Assembly (NCBI GenBank): GCA_963706595.1
Contig: OY970166.1
Coordinates: 256,001 to 320,000 of the forward strand
Source: an uncultured cyanobacterium
GTDB lineage: Bacteria > Cyanobacteriota > Cyanobacteriia > Cyanobacteriales > Nostocaceae
Length of the DNA stretch: 64,000 bases
Direction of reading: 5' to 3'
In this document: piece after piece, positions 20,251 through 30,174 of the stretch
Layout: every line of letters begins with the position of its first letter
Position numbering within the stretch: position 1 is the first letter of the stretch
The notes under the pieces: model-generated
Told to the model about the DNA's origin: nothing
What the model saw: the letters and a program-made list of their open reading frames with translations, nothing else
Databases searched by the model: none
Position numbers and translations under genes: made by a program

Positions 20251-20300
20251 ATTGAGCAAGCCAATGTGATTAGATAAATAATCAGTAAACAGTAAAAAAC

Positions 20301-20327
20301 TGATAACTGATAACTGATAACTGATAA
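20301..20327 (+). repeat. STRR heptamer array (TGATAAC)n
   Basis: About four tandem TGATAAC units between hemC and glgA. Confidence 0.85.
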
Positions 20328-20353
20328 GCAGAACCAGGGAAATAAAAACTACC

Positions 20354-21787
20354 ATGCGGATTCTATTCGTTGCAGCAGAAGCAGCTCCCGTTGCGAAAGT
20401 CGGAGGAATGGGGGATGTTGTGGGTGCATTGCCCAAAATTTTGAGAAAAATGGGGCATGATGTCCGCATCTTCTTACCTTATTACGGCTTCCTCCCAGAC
20501 AAAATGGAGATTCCTGAAACACCCATTTGGACGGGATCTGCCATGTTCCAGAATTTTGACGTTTACGAAAGCGTTTTACCTGGTACTGATGTTCCCTTGT
20601 ACTTATTTGGACATCCTGCCTTTTTACCCCGTCGGATTTATGGAGGTGAGAGTGAAGACTGGCGGTTCACTTTCTTTGCCAATGGTGCAGCTGAATTTTG
20701 CTGGAACTACTGGAAACCAGAAATTATCCACTGTCACGATTGGCATACGGGGATGATTCCGGTGTGGATGCACCAAGACCCTGATATCAGCACTGTTTTT
20801 ACGATTCACAACTTGGCTTATCAAGGACCGTGGAGTTGGTATTTACAAAAAATTACTTGGTGTCCTTGGTATATGCAGGGACATAACACGATGGCGGCGG
20901 CGGTACAGTTTGCTGATCGGGTAAATACCGTTTCTCCCACTTATGCCGAACAAATCAAAACTCCTGCTTACGGTGAAACTCTAGAAGGTTTGCTGTCTTT
21001 CATCAGTGGTAAGTTATCGGGGATTATTAACGGCATAGACCTTGAGGTTTATGATCCTGGAAATGATAAAGCCCTGGCTCAAAGCTTTACTATCGATACC
21101 CTGGATAAACGCAAGGCGAACAAAATTGCTCTGCAAGAAGAAGTGGGTTTAGAAGTGAACAGCAAAGCCTTTTTAATTGGCATGGTGACACGCTTAGTAG
21201 AGCAAAAAGGCATTGATTTGCTGTTGCAAATGCTCGACCGCTTTATGGCTTATACAGATGCTCAATTCGTATTATTGGGAACAGGCGATCGCAACTACGA
21301 AACCCAAATGTGGCAGTTAGCATCCCGCTATCCCGGACGCATGGCAACTTATTTGCTGTATAACGATAGTTTGTCTCGCCGGATTTACGCTGGTGCTGAT
21401 ACCTTCTTAATGCCTAGCCGCTTTGAACCCTGCGGTATCAGTCAAATGATGTCTTTGCGTTATGGTTGTCCCCCCATTGTTCGCCGGACAGGTGGATTAG
21501 TTGACACTGTATCGCACCACGACCCCATGAACGCTGCCGGGACTGGTTATTGCTTTGACCGCTATGAACCACTAGACCTGTTTACCTGTATGATTCGGGC
21601 TTGGGAAGGTTTCCGTTTCCAACCTCAGTGGCAGGAATTACAAAAACGTGGTATGAGCCAGAACTTCAGTTGGTATGAATCAGCCAAGCAGTATGTAAAG
21701 TTATATAGATCGATTTTCGGCTTACCAGAAGAAGAAGAACAGCCACAACCTGAGTTAGTGATTACAGAAGCCGTCAGTAAATCCTGA
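20354..21787 (+). CDS. glgA: Glycogen synthase
   Basis: [23 protein letters not shown] and PSRFEPCG...RRTGGL. Confidence 0.97.
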   Translation: MRILFVAAEAAPVAKVGGMGDVVGALPKILRKMGHDVRIFLPYYGFLPDKMEIPETPIWTGSAMFQNFDVYESVLPGTDVPLYLFGHPAFLPRRIYGGESEDWRFTFFANGAAEFCWNYWKPEIIHCHDWHTGMIPVWMHQDPDISTVFTIHNLAYQGPWSWYLQKITWCPWYMQGHNTMAAAVQFADRVNTVSPTYAEQIKTPAYGETLEGLLSFISGKLSGIINGIDLEVYDPGNDKALAQSFTIDTLDKRKANKIALQEEVGLEVNSKAFLIGMVTRLVEQKGIDLLLQMLDRFMAYTDAQFVLLGTGDRNYETQMWQLASRYPGRMATYLLYNDSLSRRIYAGADTFLMPSRFEPCGISQMMSLRYGCPPIVRRTGGLVDTVSHHDPMNAAGTGYCFDRYEPLDLFTCMIRAWEGFRFQPQWQELQKRGMSQNFSWYESAKQYVKLYRSIFGLPEEEEQPQPELVITEAVSKS

Positions 21788-21816
21788 TTGTTCGAGATCA
21801 TGACATAATTTTCTTC

Positions 21817-21855
21817 ACTCATGAACCTGAATGTGCAGGTCATGAGTTTTTTTTT
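21817..21855 (+). terminator. Intrinsic terminator after glgA
   Basis: ACTCATGA-ACCTG...CAGGT-CATGAGT stem followed by a T run. Confidence 0.7.
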
Positions 21856-22000
21856 CTCGTTTTTTAACGCAGAGGGGCGCGGAGGTTAGCGCAAAGGTAC
21901 GCTGAGGTTGAGGAAGTTGAAAAGTTGCCAATTTGACATATTTATTATCCCGATCTTACCTGTTGTATGTTGAAATAACACTTAATCAGAAAGTGTCTAA

Positions 22001-22876
22001 ATGATCATGTTTATGGCAAAAGTTAAGATTATTATTTATGGTCTGATTGCATTAATTAGTTTATTTATTACACTAAGTATCAATACTTCTGCTCTGACTC
22101 AATTAGCTCCAGTTCATATTTCGGTTCCATCTAGTCAGTTCATCTGGCCAACTCAAGGCTTTATGTCTCAAGGTTTCCGCAAATATCAACATGAAGGAAT
22201 TGATATCGCTGGGGCTGCTGGAACTCCGATTTTGGCGGCTGCATCCGGTACTGTTGTCAAAGCAGGTTGGGATAATTGGGGATTAGGCAATGCTATAGAA
22301 ATTAAACATCTTGATCAAAGTGTCACAGTTTATGGACATAATCGCCGTTTATGGGTGAGCAAGGGTCAAAAGGTCGAACAAGGTCAAATTATTGCCGAAA
22401 TGGGTTCTACAGGTAATAGTTCAGCCCCTCATCTGCACTTTGAAGTTTATCTCAATGGTAAGGTGGCAACTGACCCCATTCGCTTGTTAGCATCTGCAAC
22501 CACAGCAAAAAAACCACCGTCTCCGAATCAAGCAGTTTCGACACCCCCAACTGCACCGGAAGTTTCACCGTCGCAACTAATCCCCATAATTCTTTTACCT
22601 GTGAACTTTGAGAATGAATGCCGTGGTATCACAATTCTTAAAGGTGAAACGGCAAATAATGTGATCAAAATTTGTCAAGAAAATGCTCAGTTATTTTATA
22701 TTGGGCAGTTAAAGCAAAATTTAAGTGAACCAATTAAGATCCCAGCTTGGAATATTGGCAAAGATAGATATCGAGCAGATAACGGCACTTATTCTTACTT
22801 AGTCAACGCTGAAAGTGTGGAAGTCTGGCGCAATGGTCTAGAAATTCGTACTGATATTTTTTCTACTTCCAATTGA
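22001..22876 (+). CDS. M23-family metallopeptidase with signal peptide and C-terminal accessory domain
   Basis: HEGIDIA, YGH and GSTGNSSAPHLHFE motifs, followed by a Pro-rich linker. Confidence 0.92.
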   Translation: MIMFMAKVKIIIYGLIALISLFITLSINTSALTQLAPVHISVPSSQFIWPTQGFMSQGFRKYQHEGIDIAGAAGTPILAAASGTVVKAGWDNWGLGNAIEIKHLDQSVTVYGHNRRLWVSKGQKVEQGQIIAEMGSTGNSSAPHLHFEVYLNGKVATDPIRLLASATTAKKPPSPNQAVSTPPTAPEVSPSQLIPIILLPVNFENECRGITILKGETANNVIKICQENAQLFYIGQLKQNLSEPIKIPAWNIGKDRYRADNGTYSYLVNAESVEVWRNGLEIRTDIFSTSN

Positions 22877-23008
22877 TTGGAGAATTGAACTTCTTTTACC
22901 GCTTGAAATCAACTGATTTCTGTAATTTAACATACACTAAAATTAAATATAGAGTAAAATCTAGTCAATTCTTGGTAAATTCTCAAGTTATCGCATAAAG
23001 GGGGCATT

Positions 23009-23884
23009 ATGGACTATATGGCTTATTCTCATATCTCTATGGCCAATGAGGAAGGGAATGAAAACATTGAATATAATCTTCCTAATTTTCGGTTGGAGTG
23101 GAAAAAACTCTTTCAGCCTGGGGCGATAGTTGCAGCGAAAGCAGAACATCAGCCGAAATTGAAATTCCACTGGCTAAATTTTCTCAAGTCTTCTGCTTGG
23201 TTAGCTTTAGCTGGCATTAGTTTACTTTTTGCTACTGTCACCCACGCTCAGTCGGCTTCAACATCTTATGTAATCACTAACGGTAGTTGTCTACGTGTCC
23301 GCGAAGATGCCAACCTCAACTCCCGAATTGTGGACTGTCTTCCTAATCGTACCCAAATACAGACTACGGAAATTATCAATGGTTTCGCTCGGCTGTCCCC
23401 CAATAGATTCGTTTCTGCGAGATGGGTTGGCAGTACACCAAATAATCGCCCTGTCACAAGAATTACTCCTATCGGTACAGGTGGAACAGTTAATCTGAGT
23501 TTAGGATCTCGCAGTTCGGCGGTGACGGAAGTTCAAAGAGCTTTGGGTGTGCAACCAACTGGATATTATGGACCTACCACTACCCGCGTAGTCCGACAAT
23601 TTCAGGCGCGGAATAATTTACTTGTTGATGGTATTGTTGGCCCCCAAACTCGCAGTGCAATTTTTAGAAATGGCAACCAAAGTGGTACGGGTGGTCCAGT
23701 TATTCTGAGTTCGGGATCTCGTGGTTCGGCGGTGACGGAAGTTCAAAGAGCTTTAAATATCCAACCAACTGGGTATTATGGCCCTACTACTACTCGCATA
23801 GTCCGAGAATTTCAGGCGCGGAATCATTTACGCGTTGATGGCATTGTTGGACCCCAAACTCGCAGTGCAATTTTTAGAACTTAA
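23009..23884 (+). CDS. Peptidoglycan-binding protein (SH3b-like domain plus two PG_binding_1 domains)
   Basis: CLRVRE..N SH3b-like motif and two VQRAL...TGYYGPTT...FQARN.L.VDGIVGPQT units. Confidence 0.88.
   Translation: MDYMAYSHISMANEEGNENIEYNLPNFRLEWKKLFQPGAIVAAKAEHQPKLKFHWLNFLKSSAWLALAGISLLFATVTHAQSASTSYVITNGSCLRVREDANLNSRIVDCLPNRTQIQTTEIINGFARLSPNRFVSARWVGSTPNNRPVTRITPIGTGGTVNLSLGSRSSAVTEVQRALGVQPTGYYGPTTTRVVRQFQARNNLLVDGIVGPQTRSAIFRNGNQSGTGGPVILSSGSRGSAVTEVQRALNIQPTGYYGPTTTRIVREFQARNHLRVDGIVGPQTRSAIFRT
23474..23879 (+). repeat. Intragenic duplication with a 210-bp period
   Basis: 23474-23669 and 23684-23879 are highly similar at DNA level. Confidence 0.9.
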
Positions 23885-24987
23885 AAATAATTTTGCACAA
23901 TTTCTAAGATCCGTTCGGCTGCATGACCATCTCCATAAGGATTTATGGCGTTTGCCATTGCTTGATAGGCGTTGGGGTTACTGAGCAACTCACCCGCAGC
24001 TTGAACAATGTTTTGGGTTGTAGTTCCCACAAGTTTAGCTGTACCCGCAGTCACAGCCTCTGGCCTTTCTGTAGTATCTCTGAGAACCAATACTGGTTTT
24101 CCCAGGCTAGGGGCTTCTTCTTGCAAACCACCTGAATCAGTTAATAAGAAATGCGATCGCTCAATGGCTCCCACTAGTTCGCTATAATCTAACGGCTCAA
24201 TCAAAAAGATACGCGGATGATTTCCTAACAACGCCTGTAATGGTTGTCTGACTGTGGGGTTACGGTGTAATGGTAACAGTAAAGCTGTATCAGAAAACTT
24301 ATCTAATATCTGTAAAAATGCTTGAGCGATCGCTTGCAGTGGTTCTCCCCAATTTTCCCGCCGATGGACTGTGGCTAACAATGTGCGAGATGAATTCCAA
24401 TCTAACCCGGGTACATTACAGGCGGGTTTACTTGCAGCTACATTTAATAGTGCATCAATGACGGTGTTACCTGTGATGTGAATTTCTCCCAAAACCCCAG
24501 AACGTTGTAAGTTCTCCGCCGCCCAAGGCGTTGGCGCAAAATGTAACTGCGTCAGTTGAGAAATCAACCGCCGATTGGCTTCTTCTGGATAGGGATTAAA
24601 TAAGTCATCAGTTCTTAACCCCGCTTCTACATGACCAACAGGAATTTTTTGATAAAAAGCTGCCAAAGCTGCGGCAAAAGCTGTGGTAGTGTCTCCCTGG
24701 ACTATGACTAAATCCGGCTGACTTTTTTGGAATAATGCTTCTAATCCCTGTAAGCTGCGGCAAGTAATATCATTTAAACTTTGCTGAGGCTGCATAATTT
24801 CTAGATCATCATCAGCCTTGAGGTGGAACAACTGCATCACTTGCTCAACCATCTCCCGATGCTGTCCAGTTAAAATTACCTGTAAATCAAATTTGGGCGA
24901 CTGTTGAAATATTTGAATGACTGGAGCCAGTTTAATTGCTTCCGGTCGTGTCCCCAAAATAATGCAAATTTTCTTTTTAATAGTCAT
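23881..24987 (-). CDS. wecB: UDP-N-acetylglucosamine 2-epimerase (non-hydrolysing)
   Basis: GTRPEAIK, TGQHREM, QGDTTT, HVEAGLR, DSGGLQEE and NPYGDG. Confidence 0.97.
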   Translation of the reverse strand: MTIKKKICIILGTRPEAIKLAPVIQIFQQSPKFDLQVILTGQHREMVEQVMQLFHLKADDDLEIMQPQQSLNDITCRSLQGLEALFQKSQPDLVIVQGDTTTAFAAALAAFYQKIPVGHVEAGLRTDDLFNPYPEEANRRLISQLTQLHFAPTPWAAENLQRSGVLGEIHITGNTVIDALLNVAASKPACNVPGLDWNSSRTLLATVHRRENWGEPLQAIAQAFLQILDKFSDTALLLPLHRNPTVRQPLQALLGNHPRIFLIEPLDYSELVGAIERSHFLLTDSGGLQEEAPSLGKPVLVLRDTTERPEAVTAGTAKLVGTTTQNIVQAAGELLSNPNAYQAMANAINPYGDGHAAERILEIVQNYF

Positions 24988-25177
24988 TTCTTTTAAAAAT
25001 ATAAATACACAAAACTATGTAATAGGTCGATGTTGCTTGGCAAACTCTAAACCTGAGCGCTAAAGCACTCACTACAAACTATATTAATCCTATTTAATTA
25101 AGTTGGAAAAGTTGCCAATTTTAAAATCCCGGTATCTTGAAGATAGCGGGATTCTGATTACCAAAAATCAAAATATG

Positions 25178-25198
25178 AAAAAACCCGGCTTAACCGGG
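25178..25198 (-). terminator. Intrinsic terminator of the 25233-25607 gene
   Basis: The minus strand reads CCCGG-TTAAG-CCGGG-TTTTTT. Confidence 0.65.
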
Positions 25199-25232
25199 CA
25201 GATGCTCTGTTTGTCGGATGAAGCAGGATGAA

Positions 25233-25607
25233 CTATACCTCAATGTCACAAGTTAAAGGACAAGCAGCATATACAGAAGTCTGCATTTGTTCAGCTTCTC
25301 CATTTAACCAGCTCAACCACTTAACTTCGTTCGGGTGTATGCCCTTGAAAGTCAACACGCCAGCAGCGATCATTACTGCCAGAACGTTAAACATGATTAA
25401 ACCGCCTGAAACAAGCAAAACTGCACTAACAGGCATTACAGATTGCAACACAATTGACAACAAGCATCCGACCGTAGCCATTACAAAGACTAATGGAAAA
25501 CCGACAACCAGCAAGCACACTGCCAATGTGAAAGTCCAAATCAAAAAACTTTTGATCATCATCAAGGAGTAGGTCTTTCCTAGATTAGAGCTTTGAGCCG
25601 AAACCAT
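25233..25607 (-). CDS. Small membrane protein of unknown function
   Basis: Hydrophobic ORF of about 124 aa with 2-3 TM segments, a GGAGG RBS before ATG 25607, and C-terminal CPLTC. Confidence 0.75.
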   Translation of the reverse strand: MVSAQSSNLGKTYSLMMIKSFLIWTFTLAVCLLVVGFPLVFVMATVGCLLSIVLQSVMPVSAVLLVSGGLIMFNVLAVMIAAGVLTFKGIHPNEVKWLSWLNGEAEQMQTSVYAACPLTCDIEV

Positions 25608-26268
25608 GACTTTTCCTCCCAAAAATATACAGCAAGGTTTTTATCTCAGTCATATATCGCTTCTAACGAGTTAACTGAATCTTTCAATCGAAGTTTCAGT
25701 ATATAAAACCCTTTTCATAAAATGAGCATTTCTTTACTAAAGTTTACACTTGATTTTTTGTACCTGTGAATGTAACGTCAACTTCACATTTAATTTGCGA
25801 GCTAGTTTATGGCATCTATCTTTAGGGATAGAGGGTAATAGGGCGTTGCTCTACAAGTGCGTTTCCCACTCTAAAATTCAGATTTGCTTAACACTTCTTA
25901 TAAAAACTGCCCCCTATTCTCATAATTCTCATAAAAGTCTGAAAAATTTGTCTTTGTTAATCTTGCTATCTATTTATGTATGTGCTTGATACCAAAAAAT
26001 TTTATTCAGTAAATTTAGTGTAAAAATTTACTTGCAATTATAGCTATATATACTGTAGGACTTGAATGGACTTAGTGTGTTAAACAAGTCTATATGAGCA
26101 GAAATTGAAAATCTTATTTTGAGGCGAAAAAAATCCCAGTATGAAAAATATAATTTAACCCGATTGTGGGCTGGAAATTTTTAGTCCACTTGTCACGCCA
26201 TTCAGAGCAACCAACCACAAGAGATTTTCCCCTGATTTCAGTTGATAAATTCCACATTTTAAAGTTAT

Positions 26269-27535
26269 ATGACAGAATCACAGTTGCCAACAGATTCAAA
26301 TCCTGCTGCTTCCCGGAACGTGCCGCCAATGCCGCCCCCGCCGCCATCCTTCGTGACACAACGCCAGTCTACACAAACCTTGGATATGTCACCACATAGG
26401 AGTTCCAGCCATCGTCCAGGTAGTCCCCCACCGATGACTAATTCTCTAACTGTCAAAGCTAGCCCTAGCACTCCGTCGCTGACATTAGCGCAGATTATTA
26501 GAGAAGCCTATGATTTGGAATATTCTGATCTTCATTTGGGAGTAGGTGAAATCCCCCGTTTCCGCAACCGAGGAGAAATTCAGGTGACGGATTATCCAGA
26601 AACAGATTTAGAGACATTTATGAGTTGGCTGCGGGAGGTGTTGACAGAGGCAGAAATTAAGCATTTTCAAGAACATCTAGAATTTGATGGTGCAACTCAG
26701 TACGACTTTGCCCGCGTCAGGATTAATGTTTTTGGCTCCCTCAAAGGCTATGCAATGGTGCTGCGGTTAATTCCCCTGAGAATCTTGTCTATGGAACAGT
26801 TGAGATTACCGACAATTCTTCGGGATATTTGCCACTACCACAAAGGGTTGATTTTAGTGACTGGGCCAACTGGTTCTGGTAAATCAACGACAATGGCGGC
26901 CATGATTGACTATATCAATAGAGAGATGGCGAAACATATCATCACTATTGAAGACCCGATTGAATTTGTCCACCAAAGCCGCAAATCCTTAGTCAAGCAA
27001 CGGGAAGTGGGAATGCACACCCGGAAATTTGACAACGCTTTAAAAGCAGCTTTACGTGAAGACCCAGATTTGATTCTGGTGGGGGAAATGCGCGATAAAG
27101 AAACAGTCAATACTGCCCTGAAAGCGGCTCAAACTGGTCACTTGGTCATGGGAACCCTACACACCAATAGTGCGGTGAAAACTATTGAGCGGATTCTCAA
27201 TCTTTACTCAGGCGAAGAACAAGATCCCATAAGGGTGGCAATTTCTGAGTCTTTAGTGGCAGTCATTGCTCAAGGTTTGTGCCGCACCACGGATAATAAA
27301 CGGGCAGCATTCCACGACATCCTGATCAATACTGAGGCGATCAAAGAATGGATCAAAGATGGTAAGTATGATGAAATTACTGAGTCTGATGAAGCAAGCC
27401 GGCTTTGACGGAATGATTACGATGAATCAGTCTTTGCTTAATCTCTACCACGAAGGTCGGATTACAGAAGAAACGGCTTTGGAAATGTCGCCAACTCCTA
27501 ACGAAATGGCACAGTTTCTTCGAGGACGAGTTTAG
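26269..27535 (+). CDS. pilT: Type IV pilus retraction ATPase PilT (PilT2-like, Pro-rich N-terminus), with an apparent +1 frameshift near 27385
   Basis: GPTGSGKST, TIEDPIE, ALREDPD..LVGEMRD and GTLHT. The C-terminus LMKQAGFDGMITMNQSL...FLRGRV continues in another frame to TAG 27533-27535. Confidence 0.9.
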
Positions 27536-27597
27536 GTACAATAGGGGGTAAAAACCGATTTTTTTAACTTTTATTTTCCCTCAACCCTGTAACTGCC

Positions 27598-28356
27598 TTG
27601 ATCACAGATAAACTATCTAAGCCCCAGTTGTTCAAAGGTATTGCCCTTTTTACACCAGGAGGAGATTTAATTTACTGCATCGACCCTAATAAACAGGGTC
27701 GATGGCATTTACATTTGTGTGCTGCTTTACAGGAAATCTTAGATTTACCAGAACCGCCACACTTTTTAGTTCCTTGTTATACGGCAACTATTGATCATTG
27801 GTTAGATCCACATACGCATCAAGTCCGAACTTTTGCGGAAGCATATCCAGCTGTAATCCGCCATCAGGCTGTACTTAATGCTATTTTTGGCACTGAGTTA
27901 GTTTGGCAACCCGCACCTTGGCAAGAGGGTTTGTGCGATCGCATGGTATTAACTACTTATCGCTCGACTTTTCCCCAACTTTGGGAAGACCATGATTTAA
28001 TTGTGGATTTGGACTGTTCCCAATCGAAACCTCAGTATTATCCCCCCGTTATACCTACGCAAAAGTTACAGCTAAAAACTGATTGTTATGTTTTACGGCT
28101 GTTTGTGGCTGGACATAGTGCAAACACGGAAAGAATTCTTCAGAATCTGCATGGACTTTTAGAGCGATCGCTGGGGTATCCTTACACAATGAAAGTTATT
28201 GATGTGTTAACAAATCCCGAACAGGCGGAAATTGACCAAGTTTCGGCAACTCCGACTCTGGTTAAGGTTTGGCCGCAACCGATTCGGCGCATTGTTGGGG
28301 ATATTGATAATGTCGATAAACTTTTACAGATGTTGGGCGCGACGGAAAAAATTTAA
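27598..28356 (+). CDS. KaiB-domain protein with an extra N-terminal domain
   Basis: C-terminal YVLRLFVAG...KVIDVL..PEQAE...ATPTLVKVWPQPIRRIVGD is KaiB-like. About 160 additional N-terminal residues. Confidence 0.85.
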   Translation: MITDKLSKPQLFKGIALFTPGGDLIYCIDPNKQGRWHLHLCAALQEILDLPEPPHFLVPCYTATIDHWLDPHTHQVRTFAEAYPAVIRHQAVLNAIFGTELVWQPAPWQEGLCDRMVLTTYRSTFPQLWEDHDLIVDLDCSQSKPQYYPPVIPTQKLQLKTDCYVLRLFVAGHSANTERILQNLHGLLERSLGYPYTMKVIDVLTNPEQAEIDQVSATPTLVKVWPQPIRRIVGDIDNVDKLLQMLGATEKI

Positions 28357-28415
28357 TCTTTGTGATCAAGGTTGTTTCTGTTCGCGGTAGTGTGATTGAT
28401 GCGCGATTTTTTCAC

Positions 28416-28652
28416 CTATTTTCAGCATTAATCCGCCAATATTTGTTCATAGCTTGATACCGGGCTTTTGCCGAATCCCTAGCTAGTGAAAACGCCAGTC
28501 GCCTGTCCTCAATGCAAGCTGCGGAAAAAAATATCGCAGAACGCTTATTAGACCTGAACGCCGACTATCGCCGCCCACTCCAAAGTTTTATTACCGCAGA
28601 ACTCCTCGATATAGTCTCAGGTTTTGCAGCCCTAACTCAACCACAGCCTTAA
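28416..28652 (+). pseudogene. C-terminal relic of an alternative (N-type) F1Fo ATPase gamma subunit
   Basis: Translates LFSALIRQYLFIA*YRAFAESLASENASRLSSMQAAEKNIAERLLDLNADYRRPLQSFITAELLDIVSGFAAL. Internal TGA at 28455 and no 5' portion. Confidence 0.8.
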
Positions 28653-28964
28653 AAAATCCACAATGCGTAGGCGATAACGAGTTGATATCTCACCAAACCT
28701 AGATTTGATCAATTGTTTCGCCATGCGATCGCGTCTGCAAAACAGTCAGTACCTGCTGTCAACAGGTTGCTAAGGCTAAAACCTAAGTGGAGCCGTAGTT
28801 TGAGATTTTTGGTTTTACCAAGATTCACTAAAAAGCTAGGGTTTTTGCCATATACAAAAAACTGAGTTATTAATTTTAGATAAAGTCGAGCTAAGTCAGA
28901 AGTGGGTTAATGCCTAAATTAAGCAGCTTCGAGAACGTTGGTCTAATCCCTTAATAGAGATAAA

Positions 28965-29089
28965 TATAGGACTCCTACTTGATTTCTGAACATCAATACA
29001 ACTCAAAATGGCTTTTTCCCACTCCCCACTCCCCACTCCCCACTCCCCACCTACGCAAGTAAGTTTAAAAATCAAAGCGGATTACTATA
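28965..29089. mobile_element. MITE-like element (TATAG...CTATA TIR family) with STRR cargo, abutting a start codon
   Basis: The left end TATAGGACTCCTACTTGATTT resembles the reverse complement of the right end, TATAGTAATCCGCTTTGATTT. Internal (CCCCACT)n array. Confidence 0.7.
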
Positions 29090-30093
29090 TGTTTTCAGAA
29101 CCTAATTCGGTCGTGATCTCTGTTGTTATTCCTTGTTATAACGAGGAACTCAACCTTGACTCTCTGTTTGAACGATTAGTAACGGTACTTGATCCCCTCA
29201 ATTTAAAATATGAAATTGTTTGTGTAAATGATGGTAGTCGAGATCATACACTCAAGCATTTAATTGAACATCATCATCGTAATCCAGCGATTAAAGTTGT
29301 CAACTTTTCCCGCAATTTTGGCAAAGAAATTGCTTTAACTGCGGGAATTGAATATGCCACAGGTGAGGCTGTGATTCCGATTGATGCTGATTTACAAGAC
29401 CCACCTGAATTAATTCAAGAATTGATTGAAAAGTGGCGTGAAGGTTATGATGTAGTTTATTGTAAACGGCGATCGCGCCAAGGTGAAAGTTGGCTAAAAA
29501 AAATCACCGCTAATGCTTTTTACCGAGTGATTGAAAAGATGACATCAGTAGAAATTCCTCGCGATACAGGTGATTTTCGATTAATGGATCGACGAGTGGT
29601 AGAAGCATTAAAACAAATTCCAGAAACTCATCGTTTTATGAAGGGTTTATTTGCTTGGGTGGGATTTAAACAAACTTTAATAGAATATGATCGTCTTCCC
29701 CGTTTTCAAGGTATAACCAAATGGAATTATTGGAAACTGTGGAATTTGGCATTAGAAGGAATTACCTCTTTTAGTTCTGTTCCGTTAAAAATCTGGAGTT
29801 ACCTGGGATTTTTTATCTCTTTGCTGGCTTTTATATACGGTTTTTTTCTGATTGTTCGCACTCTGCGTTTCGGGATTGATGTTCCAGGATATGCCTCTTT
29901 GATGGTTGCTGTTTTATTTCTAGGAGGAATTCAACTTTTAACATTAGGAATTATTGGTGAATATCTTGGTCGGGTTCATGATGAAGTCAAAAGACGACCT
30001 CTTTACCTAGTGCGAGATTGTTATGGCTTTGATGCGGTTTCTCAACAAAGTTCATCCCCAGAAGCCGAGGCAAAAGTAGTCAATTCTAAATAA
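29089..30093 (+). CDS. GT2 polyisoprenyl-phosphate glycosyltransferase (GtrB-like)
   Basis: SVVIPCYNEE, NDGSRD, SRNFGKE, DADLQDPP, GDFRLMDR, two C-terminal TM segments and GEYLGR...KRRPLY. Confidence 0.93.
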   Translation: MFSEPNSVVISVVIPCYNEELNLDSLFERLVTVLDPLNLKYEIVCVNDGSRDHTLKHLIEHHHRNPAIKVVNFSRNFGKEIALTAGIEYATGEAVIPIDADLQDPPELIQELIEKWREGYDVVYCKRRSRQGESWLKKITANAFYRVIEKMTSVEIPRDTGDFRLMDRRVVEALKQIPETHRFMKGLFAWVGFKQTLIEYDRLPRFQGITKWNYWKLWNLALEGITSFSSVPLKIWSYLGFFISLLAFIYGFFLIVRTLRFGIDVPGYASLMVAVLFLGGIQLLTLGIIGEYLGRVHDEVKRRPLYLVRDCYGFDAVSQQSSSPEAEAKVVNSK

Positions 30094-30174
30094 ATTAAAT
30101 TATGCAATTTTATCAAGTTGTAATTTTCAATAAAAATCTGATTTATTTTAAAATAAAGGATTAAAAATTAATTA

